Below are positions 56,790-64,000 of a stretch of 64,000 bases of DNA, in pieces. The DNA comes from an uncultured Desulfobacteraceae bacterium. Its GTDB lineage: Bacteria; Desulfobacterota; DSM-4660; Desulfatiglandales; Desulfatiglandaceae. The first letter of the stretch is position 1. Each line of letters opens with the position of its first letter. Position numbers and translations under genes: made by a program. Below the pieces are notes generated by a model, which had not been told where the DNA came from, made no database searches, and was given only the letters and a program-made list of their open reading frames with translations. The DNA lies in NCBI GenBank assembly GCA_964409475.1, contig CAYPDL010000006.1, forward strand, positions 242-64,241, written 5' to 3'.

Positions 56790-57698
56790 ATGGCAATGAA
56801 ACAGATCCGTTACATTCTGTTTTTAATAACTGTTTGGAGCCTGTTTTTCTCCTCAGGACCATCGGCCGCAAGAATGGCGACAGATGAAACGGGCCGGCCA
56901 GTGACAGTGCCGGATGATCCAAGGCGCATCGTTTCGTTTGCCCCGAGCATCACCGAGATCATATTTGCATTGGGCAGGGAAGATCGTTTGAAGGGGGTAA
57001 GCCGGTTCAGCGACTTCCCCCCCGAGGCGACCCGACTGCCCTCTGTCGGGTCCTATATCCGCCTGGACCTGGAAAAAATCGTGGCCTTGAGGCCTGATCT
57101 CTGTTTTGCCACCAAGGACGGCAACCCGAAGGATGTGGTCACTCGGCTGAGCGCCCTGGGCATACCCGTCTATGTGGTGGACCCGAATAATCTGGAAGCG
57201 GTCTTGAAAACCATTCACCGCATAGGGGATGTCCTCAACGCCGGACCGAAGGCCGACGCCATTATCCAACAGATGCATTCCCGGATCAGCCATGTCAAAT
57301 CGGTGGTCGCAAAGGCCTCCCGCCGGCCGGGGGTCTTCTTTCAGATCGGAATCTCCCCCATTGTCTCTTTGGGTGAATCGACCCTTATCAACGAACTGAT
57401 AGAGATTGCCGGCGGAATAAACCTTGCGAAGGGCCCCACCCCGTACCCGCGATTCAGCCGCGAACAGGTCCTGGCCCTCGCGCCGGACGTGCTCATCATT
57501 ACCTCCATGGCGCGGGGGGGCAGATTTGAGCAGGTCAAGAGGGAGTGGAGCAGGTGGTCCTCTATCCCTGCCGTTCGAAACCATCGCATCCTGATGGTGG
57601 ACTCCAATATCTTTGACCGGCCCAGTCCCCGACTGGTTGACGCCCTTGAAATCCTTGCCCGGCTCATCCACCCTGGGCTTTTCGAAGGAGAGAAGTGA
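56790..57698 (+). CDS. BtuF/FecB-type periplasmic substrate-binding protein
   Basis: 302-aa ORF with a signal peptide, then RIVSFAPSITEIIFALG..DRLKGVS, typical of cobalamin/siderophore-binding proteins. Confidence 0.8.
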   Translation: MAMKQIRYILFLITVWSLFFSSGPSAARMATDETGRPVTVPDDPRRIVSFAPSITEIIFALGREDRLKGVSRFSDFPPEATRLPSVGSYIRLDLEKIVALRPDLCFATKDGNPKDVVTRLSALGIPVYVVDPNNLEAVLKTIHRIGDVLNAGPKADAIIQQMHSRISHVKSVVAKASRRPGVFFQIGISPIVSLGESTLINELIEIAGGINLAKGPTPYPRFSREQVLALAPDVLIITSMARGGRFEQVKREWSRWSSIPAVRNHRILMVDSNIFDRPSPRLVDALEILARLIHPGLFEGEK

Positions 57699-58750
57699 GT
57701 AAAGAATCTGAGCCCAAGGGATCTATACCCCTGCGAATGGACCTAAAAAGGCCTCTCCTACTGAGACGCCTTTCCATGGTATCCCTGTTGCTGCTCTGTT
57801 TTCTGATCGCGGCCGTATACTTCGGGATCTCCATCGGATCGACCGGGAGCGGCATCGGCGAAAGCCTGGCAACCCTGTTTGACGGGAAGGATACAGCAGA
57901 CTCCATGCGCCATGCCATCATCTGGCAGATACGGTTTCCCCGCGTCCTCTTGGCGATCCTGGTAGGCGCCACCCTTTCCTTGGGGGGGCTGGTCTTTCAG
58001 GCCCTCCTCCGGAACCCCCTGGCCGAGCCCTACATCCTGGGGATTTCAAGCGGATCGGGGATCGGCGCCATCATCGGCATTCTCGCAGGACTTTCCCGCT
58101 TCCCCGGAGTCAGCGCAACCGCCTTCGCAGGAAGCATGGGTACCCTCCTCCTTCTCTTCGTCATGTCTTCGGGACAGACCATGCTGAAAAAGGACACCCT
58201 CCTTCTCTCCGGGGTGATGGTCAACGCCTTCTGTGCGGCCTTGATCATGTTCCTGATGTCCATTACGCAGGATTCCAGGCTCCACAACATTATCTTCTGG
58301 CTTATGGGAGATCTCTCTACCGCGGATCTCTACCAGGTCGGCATACTCGCCGGCCTGCTGATCCCAGGCTTTATCCTCCTTTTCTTCCTGTCAAACGCCA
58401 TGAATCTCTTACTCATGGGGAAAGAACTGGCTCAGACCATGGGGCTCAACATCAAGGCTGCGACCGTCACCCTTCTCGTGGCGACCTCGTTTATGGTCAG
58501 TCTGACGGTTTCGTATTGCGGTCCGATCGGATTTGTAGGGCTTGTGATGCCGCACGTGCTCAGGCTCGCCTTTGGCCCGGATCACAGGGTGCTCGTGCCG
58601 GCGTGCATATTCGGCGGGGGCACGTATATGGTCCTGTGCGATCTTCTGGCGAGGACCCTGCCCGACCAGGGGGAAATGCCTGCAGGCGTGATCACCGCCA
58701 TGATCGGTGTGCCGCTGTTTATCATCCTGTTAAGAAAGTCCGGACGATGA
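57695..58750 (+). CDS. FecCD/BtuC-family ABC permease
   Basis: 351-aa polytopic ORF with IRFPRVLLAILVGA and the C-terminal GVITAMIGVPLFI. Confidence 0.85.
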   Translation: MSKESEPKGSIPLRMDLKRPLLLRRLSMVSLLLLCFLIAAVYFGISIGSTGSGIGESLATLFDGKDTADSMRHAIIWQIRFPRVLLAILVGATLSLGGLVFQALLRNPLAEPYILGISSGSGIGAIIGILAGLSRFPGVSATAFAGSMGTLLLLFVMSSGQTMLKKDTLLLSGVMVNAFCAALIMFLMSITQDSRLHNIIFWLMGDLSTADLYQVGILAGLLIPGFILLFFLSNAMNLLLMGKELAQTMGLNIKAATVTLLVATSFMVSLTVSYCGPIGFVGLVMPHVLRLAFGPDHRVLVPACIFGGGTYMVLCDLLARTLPDQGEMPAGVITAMIGVPLFIILLRKSGR

Positions 58751-59571
58751 AAGACGCCATACATACCAGACAACTGGGCTATTCCTACGGGGACCTCCAC
58801 GTGCTCAAGGATCTTTCCTTTTCCGTTCACCAGGGCGATTTTTTTATCATCATCGGACCCAACGGCTCTGGGAAGACCACCCTTTTGAAATGTATTTCAG
58901 GGATTTTACGGCCCCAGACAGGCAATCTGGAGATCTTGGGCGCCCCGGTCCATGCCTACTCCCGGAAATCCCTGGCACGGTCCATTGCCCTGGTACAGCA
59001 GACAGCCCCGGTCGATTTTCCCTTCACGGTGACCGAGGTGGTCCTCATGGGCCGGTCCCCCCATCTGGGGATACTGGGGGTGGAACACGAAAAGGACCTA
59101 TCCATTGCACACCGGGCCATGGAGTTTACCGGCGTTGCATCTCTGGCCCGCCGAAAACTGGATCAGTTAAGCGGGGGCGAACGTCAGAGGGTCATGATTG
59201 CCAGGGCCATCTGTCAGGACCCGGAGATTATTCTCCTCGACGAACCCACCGCATCCCTTGATCTCGCACACCAGGTCAGGGTCATGGACCTGATGGAAAG
59301 GCTGAGGGACGAAAAGAAGGTGACCATCCTGATGGTGTCCCACGACATCAATCTTGCCGCCCTCTACGGCAACCGGTTGATGCTCCTCAAAGAAGGTCAA
59401 ATCCTGAGCCTCGGTCCCCCGTCCGAGGTCCTGACCTTTCAGACCCTCGAAGAGGCCTATGGATGTCCCCTGCTGGTGGACAAAAGCCCGCTAGGGGATT
59501 TTCAGAGGGTCACCCTCGTTCCCCAAAAATTCGTCGATCCAGGCATCAAAGGAGACACCCGGAGGTCCTGA
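58747..59571 (+). CDS. ABC transporter ATP-binding protein (BtuD/FepC-like)
   Basis: Start at MKDAIHTRQL, overlapping the permease stop (ATGA). GPNGSGKTT, LSGGERQR and ILLDEPTASLD. Confidence 0.85.
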   Translation: MKDAIHTRQLGYSYGDLHVLKDLSFSVHQGDFFIIIGPNGSGKTTLLKCISGILRPQTGNLEILGAPVHAYSRKSLARSIALVQQTAPVDFPFTVTEVVLMGRSPHLGILGVEHEKDLSIAHRAMEFTGVASLARRKLDQLSGGERQRVMIARAICQDPEIILLDEPTASLDLAHQVRVMDLMERLRDEKKVTILMVSHDINLAALYGNRLMLLKEGQILSLGPPSEVLTFQTLEEAYGCPLLVDKSPLGDFQRVTLVPQKFVDPGIKGDTRRS

Positions 59572-59615
59572 TTCCCCACACGCCGCCAGCGCCTCGTAAC
59601 TTGGGCCCAGCCTTT

Positions 59616-60533
59616 TTATACAGGCCTGGCCAGGGGGCGCACCGAAAGGACAGGGCATTGGGCCTGACGGATCACGCGGTCCGTGGTCGAACCCACCAAC
59701 AATGTCTCAACCAGCCCGTGGCCCCTTATCCCCAGGACGATCAAATCAATATCATTGACCAAAGCGTACTGAGTCAGCTCCTCGTGTGGCTGGCCGGCCA
59801 ACAGGGCCGTCGTATGCCGGCACCAATGACCGGCCTCTTCAGAGATCATTTTGTTGAGCATGGCATCCAGTGGTTCTCGCATACGCTCCCGAAGATCTTC
59901 CGACGGCTTCACGTCCTGCTTGAATAGATTTTTGTAGAGGGGCGGTTCAATCACGTGGGCCAGGTGAAGCTCGGATTCAAATTCCTGGGCAAGGCTGAGC
60001 GCATATTCAAAGGCCAGGAGGGAGTCTGCCGAAAAGTCGCATCCCACAAGGATCTTCTTGATCCGGATCTCCTGGTCGGAAGGGGCCCCGATCTCTTTTT
60101 CCGGACTTCGAATCGACATCAACGGGCAGGGAAGGGTCTGGATGAGTCGCTCGGTCACAGACCCCAGAATCACCCGTTTCAACCCCGATCGGCCATGGGT
60201 TGCAGCGATGGCAAGATCGATCTGCTTCTCCCCGGCAAATCGCGTGATCTCGTCCACCGGATGGCCCACGACGACAAGCTGCTCCACATCCAGCGATTGT
60301 TCCCCCATCAGTTGATTGAGTTGTTCCTGGGCATATTCTGTGACCGCCTTCTGCTCGTCCACCCAGTGTACCACCGCCTCATCGTATGCCGCGATCGGGG
60401 TGATATCGACCACATGGCAGACATAGAGCTTTGCATTGAATTCCTTGGCCATTCGAATGGCATATGGGATAGCGTAGTTGGAGAAATCCGAGAAGTCTGT
60501 GGTACACAAAATGTTCTTCAATTGAATTCTCAT
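59616..60533 (-). CDS. tandem universal stress protein (2 x UspA domain)
   Basis: Start at MRIQLKNILCTTDFS (aaggaggg SD). Two USP units, each ending in G..GHG...LGS(V/T)T..V. Confidence 0.8.
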   Translation of the reverse strand: MRIQLKNILCTTDFSDFSNYAIPYAIRMAKEFNAKLYVCHVVDITPIAAYDEAVVHWVDEQKAVTEYAQEQLNQLMGEQSLDVEQLVVVGHPVDEITRFAGEKQIDLAIAATHGRSGLKRVILGSVTERLIQTLPCPLMSIRSPEKEIGAPSDQEIRIKKILVGCDFSADSLLAFEYALSLAQEFESELHLAHVIEPPLYKNLFKQDVKPSEDLRERMREPLDAMLNKMISEEAGHWCRHTTALLAGQPHEELTQYALVNDIDLIVLGIRGHGLVETLLVGSTTDRVIRQAQCPVLSVRPLARPV

Positions 60534-60675
60534 AAGATAAACCCTCCTTTCCTTAAACCCTGTCCCCTGATATCGCGCCCCTGCGGCCGGCAGCGCAATC
60601 ACTGGAGACAATTCACATTATGAGCGCGCTTCCCAAGACCCGGAAAACAGAAAATCGGATTCTTGGTTGAAAAGT

Positions 60676-60691
60676 TGCAACTTGAATGCCA
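60676..60691 (-). promoter_or_regulatory. sigma-54 (-24/-12) promoter candidate for the USP gene
   Basis: The minus strand reads TGGCATTCAAGTTGCA against the consensus TGGCACG-N4-TTGCW. The GG and GC are at the correct spacing. It lies about 140 nt upstream of the USP ATG. Confidence 0.55.
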
Positions 60692-60899
60692 AAAATCCAT
60701 ACTCAATCTCTGTACGGGCAACACGCCAGGATCACGATAAAAAATGGAAATCTGCATATTGAGCTAGAATGCCGATGAACATTTCCCGTCAACTATTTTT
60801 TCATACTGTAAGCCCTCCGGTCGTACGCCTTTCCATCATTTTTCAATCCTGTCGTTTCCGATTCCCAGCCCGGCGACAGGCCCATGGGAACTTACCTAA

Positions 60900-61046
60900 C
60901 TCAAGTTTCGCACCCTTCATTAGGCTATCATTTCAATAAATTTGGCATGATACGTCTATACGGGACGACTAAAACTCAATTTGGAAATAGCCAGCCCCGG
61001 ACCTGATACCTCCCGGTCTGGAACGCGAAGGGGTGCGAAACTTGAG
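60900..61046. mobile_element. MITE-like element: perfect 16-bp terminal inverted repeats plus an 8-bp target-site-like duplication
   Basis: CTCAAGTTTCGCACCC (60900-60915) is the exact reverse complement of 61031-61046. It is flanked on both sides by TTACCTAA (60892-60899 and 61047-61054). The 115-nt interior has no ORF and several hairpins (for example ccggacc-N11-ggtctgg). Confidence 0.65.
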
Positions 61047-61073
61047 TTACCTAATATTATGCGGCTCCAAGTT

Positions 61074-61178
61074 TTGATGGTCTCGTAAAAAGTGCGAGTT
61101 CGGCTCTTTTAGCATGGATAACCTGGTAAAATCATCAGGTGCGAATTTCGCTTTTTTGACTTTTTACGAATGCATCAA
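61074..61178 (-). repeat. 105-nt dispersed element, copy 2
   Basis: Its reverse complement aligns gap-free to 9077-9181 (13 mismatches in 105 by hand count). It lies 27 nt from the MITE-like element. Confidence 0.85.
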
Positions 61179-61370
61179 TATTCAGACAATACAAATCCAG
61201 GAGGGGGAGCAGAATTTGCCTTATCGGACATCCCTTGATTGTCCCTTTTAACGCCGCTACCAAAAAAATGTCTTGACAATACAATCAGGGCGTGATCACA
61301 TATTAAGCGTCTCCATAACGTGGCGCAATAAGAAATTGCGCTTTCAAGATAAACCGAATAGTGACAAAAA

Positions 61371-61423
61371 GCCAAGAAGGCGGGCCTGGGTGTATCCCGG
61401 GATTGTTTTCTTGGCTTTTTTTT
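61371..61423 (+). terminator. strong intrinsic terminator in the leader of the DUF4198-porin-cbiM operon
   Basis: gccaagaa ... ttcttggc outer stem, cctggg/cccggg inner stem, then T8. A5 precedes the stem. Located 132 nt upstream of the ATG at 61555. Confidence 0.7.
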
Positions 61424-61554
61424 GCTGTTTTCAGGAAGGCATGCTCATGCGTACTGAGAGTCGAACCGGTCGGATCGTTTCAAAACACGGAGGTCGCGTG
61501 AGATCGGCGTTAACTCATCATAATTGAAGCGGATATATAAACGGAGGCATCACA

Positions 61555-62331
61555 ATGAAAAAAGCGCTATTTGGTTTGATATTGGGATTATCTTTTCTGT
61601 GCACCGACCATATGGCCATGGCCCACTTCGGAATGCTCATTCCATCGGACACCATGATCATGCAGGGGGACCCAAAGACCGTTTCAGTGGTCTTGTCTTT
61701 CTCACATCCCTTTGAAGGCGTCGGGATGGAGCTGGCAAAGCCACAGGTGTTTGGCGTTATGGGGAATGGCAGCAAGCAGAATCTCCTAGGCGATCTCAAG
61801 GAGACAAAGGTAATGGGTCATTCTGCCTGGATGGCGGCCTATGCCATCAAACGGCCCGGTGTTTATATGTTCTACATGGTTCCCAAGCCCTACTGGGAGC
61901 CGGCTGAAGACTGCTTCATTGTGCATTATACCAGGACCGTCGTGGCCGCCTTCGGGGACGACGAAGGCTGGGATCAGGAGATCGGCCTCAAGACCGAGAT
62001 CGTTCCCCTGTCAAAACCCTTCGGCCTTTATGCCGGAAATGTCTTTCAGGGGATCGTCAAGCTGAACGGAAAGCCTGTTCCCTATGCCGAGGTAGAGGTG
62101 GAATATTACAACCAGGGAAACAAGGCAGAGGCCCCCACCGAATATATGATCACCCAGACCATTAAGGCAGACGGCAACGGGGTCTTTACCTATGCGGCAC
62201 CCAAGGCCGGCTGGTGGGGATTTGCGGCCTTGAGCACCTCGGACGAGAAGATGATCCATGACGGCCAGAAAAAAGACGTGGAACTGGGCGCGGTGATCTG
62301 GGTGCAATTTCTGGATTGGAAGGAAAAATAG
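61555..62331 (+). CDS. DUF4198/CbiK-like periplasmic Ni/Co uptake component
   Basis: 258-aa ORF with a signal peptide ending AMAHFGMLIP and a beta-rich body. This type of protein accompanies CbiM/NikM transporters. Confidence 0.7.
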   Translation: MKKALFGLILGLSFLCTDHMAMAHFGMLIPSDTMIMQGDPKTVSVVLSFSHPFEGVGMELAKPQVFGVMGNGSKQNLLGDLKETKVMGHSAWMAAYAIKRPGVYMFYMVPKPYWEPAEDCFIVHYTRTVVAAFGDDEGWDQEIGLKTEIVPLSKPFGLYAGNVFQGIVKLNGKPVPYAEVEVEYYNQGNKAEAPTEYMITQTIKADGNGVFTYAAPKAGWWGFAALSTSDEKMIHDGQKKDVELGAVIWVQFLDWKEK

Positions 62332-62355
62332 AAAACCCGATGAGGAACCAGACGC

Positions 62356-63493
62356 ATGAGAGTAATCAGAAAACACGTTTGCAGTTGCCTGTTGGCGATC
62401 TGCGGGATTATATTGCTGGCAGGCAGTGGATGGACATATGAAATCAACGATAAATTCTCCATCGGTGGCGTCATAGCCGGGATCTACCAATATCAGAGCT
62501 TATCAGATGCTCCAGGCTATGAGAGCGAGGGCCGGGGGACCCTTGTTTTTCGGCCTGAGGTCAGCTTCACTCCAACGGAAAACGACGAGCTTTTTGCCAA
62601 GTTCGGGTTTGGTGCGGGAAACGGGCTGATGGAAGAAGGCAAATCCCCATTTGTGCTTGCCCCGTGGGGCGGTGATGTACAGGACGACTGTAAGGACATC
62701 AACGGCCGGAACCGCGACTACCTGCTCACGGCCTGGTACAAACATACCTTCAAGTTTGGCGAGGACCACACCCTGGGACTTACGGGCGGCATCATTGACG
62801 CAACCGACTACTTGAATGAAAACGCCTTTGCCCATGATGAGTACACCCAGTTCATGAATGAGGCATTGGTGAACAGCCCCAACGCCTTTTTGCCTTCCTA
62901 CGACATCGGCGGGGCGGTCGAATGGGAGCTCGGCGCCTTTTCGATCAAAGGAGCGGCCATGGCAATGGGAACCAATGGTGAAAAAGGGGAGTTCGAAGAA
63001 CCCTATAATTTCTATGGGATCCAGTTCGGTTATACGGTGGACTTTGGATTGGGCGAAGGGAATTACCGCCTGCTCGTGGACACCACCAGCAGCGACTTCA
63101 CCAACGTGGCTGGAACCAAGAAAGAGCGGATGACCTGCACGTTAATCTCCTTTGACCAACAATTGGGGGAAATTCTGGGGGCGTGGATCCGTTTCGGCTG
63201 GCACCTGGACGATAAGGCAGCCCTGGTTTGCAAGGACCTCTATTCAGGAGGACTGAACATCGGCGGCAACCTCTGGGGCCGTGAGAACGACAACATCGGC
63301 ATCGGTTACGCCCATCTGCGGGGGGGGTAATCTGGATCTGGACCACACGGACGTATTCGAGTTCTATGGACGGTTCGCCCTGAACGATATCTTCGCCATA
63401 ACGGGCGACATTCAGTATATGAAGGATTCCATGAAGGAAGGCAACAGCCCGAATGGCTGGATTTTCGGGTTGCGGGCAACCGCGGAATTCTAA
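62356..63493 (+). pseudogene. outer-membrane porin-like gene split by a frameshift at a G8 run
   Basis: ORF 62356-63330 (signal peptide, alternating beta pattern) stops right after G8 (63320-63327). ORF 63281-63493 in the +1 frame continues ...NLDLDHTDVFEFYGRF...GLRATAEF and ends in the C-terminal Phe typical of OM beta-barrels. Removing one G joins the two. Confidence 0.65.
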
Positions 63494-63605
63494 AGCTTTT
63501 ACAAATGGCCCAGAACTCTCTCCTCCCGGGCCTTATGAGAAGCAGGGCCGTTTGGTCGGTTTCGGCGAAACGACTTTGCTTCTCCCTGATGATGAAGGTA
63601 ACATT

Positions 63606-64000
63606 ATGCATATTTCCGAAGGCGTCCTGTCCGGTCCGGTTCTGGTTTCAGGGATTGTCCTGGCTGCGGCAGGCATTGCCATGGGGCTCAAAAAACTGGA
63701 TTACGATCGCATCCCGCGTGCCGCGATTCTTTCCGCCTCCTTTTTTGTGGCCTCCCTGATTCACGTTCCCATCGGCCCCTCCAGCGTTCATCTGATTTTG
63801 AACGGGATTGTGGGCCTCATTCTCGGCTGGGGGGCCTTTCCCGTCATCCTTGTGGCTCTGGCACTGCAGGCATTGTTCTTTCAGTTCGGCGGCATCACAA
63901 CCCTCGGGGTCAACACTGTGATCATGGCACTGCCCGCCGTTTTATGTTACTATCTATTCGGCAGTCTGGTGGGGAAGGGACCTCGGATTGCACTGCTGGC
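63606..64000 (+). CDS. cbiM: cobalt/nickel ECF-type transporter component CbiM/NikM (5' part, runs off window)
   Basis: MHISEGVLSGPVLVSG.. is the characteristic CbiM N-terminus (M-H-I-x-E-G). The frame stays open to the window end. Confidence 0.85.
   Translation, partial: MHISEGVLSGPVLVSGIVLAAAGIAMGLKKLDYDRIPRAAILSASFFVASLIHVPIGPSSVHLILNGIVGLILGWGAFPVILVALALQALFFQFGGITTLGVNTVIMALPAVLCYYLFGSLVGKGPRIALL

Noticed and set aside
61175-61527. ORFs 61175-61375(-) and 61273-61527(+) in the cbiM-operon leader, 53105-53353(+) in the rpmI/rplT gap, and 38649-39007(+) in the rpsB leader.
   Set aside because: They have no ribosome-binding sites and no recognisable domains. They run across hairpin, terminator and repeat sequences, so they were treated as non-coding.
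61441-61530. tRNA-like fragment (gagtcgaaccggt resembles a T-arm on the minus strand).
   Set aside because: I could not build acceptor, anticodon or T stems around it. It is only a chance TTCGA-like word.

Overview
This is a 64-kb chromosomal segment of moderate to high GC, about 90% coding. The gene content suggests an anaerobic Desulfobacterota/Syntrophia-type (deltaproteobacterial) genome, but that lineage call is inference only. Most of the window is housekeeping. It carries folK-dapL-dapB, a tandem hsp20 pair, mgtE, uvrC and maeB. It also carries an ftsB operon and an 8-gene LIV-type ABC operon with two embedded acyl-CoA ligases. Further along are dgt, rpsB-tsf-(no pyrH)-frr-uppS-cdsA-dxr-rseP, then tsaB, psd, rsmD, coaD, an IHF/HU gene and a MerR gene. 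The right side holds thrS-infC-rpmI-rplT-pheS-pheT, a btuFCD-like transporter, a tandem USP gene and the start of a DUF4198-porin-cbiM metal-uptake operon. I recognised no rRNA, tRNA or CRISPR array by eye. The unusual content is mainly non-coding. (1) Nearly every spacer, including spacers inside conserved operons, is filled with degenerate 7- or 8-nt tandem word tracts. These share longer modules between loci and resemble cyanobacterial STRR repeats. (2) A 105-nt element with about 21-nt terminal inverted repeats occurs twice in opposite orientation (9077-9181 and 61074-61178). (3) Two different MITE-like insertions have perfect 16-18 bp terminal inverted repeats and 8-9 bp flanking direct repeats (7129-7261 and 60900-61046). 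(4) A gene-decay/accessory zone at about 5.7-9.4 kb holds an orphan AbiEii-like nucleotidyltransferase with no AbiEi partner, a gutted receiver domain, a PAS-PAS-DHp protein lacking its ATPase domain, and a small ORF interrupted by an in-frame TAG. (5) A porin gene in the Ni/Co uptake operon is split at a G8 homopolymer. (6) There is a good sigma-54 promoter match upstream of the USP gene, and a strong terminator-containing leader upstream of the DUF4198-porin-cbiM operon. All functional assignments come from motif recognition in the supplied translations. No database search was run.
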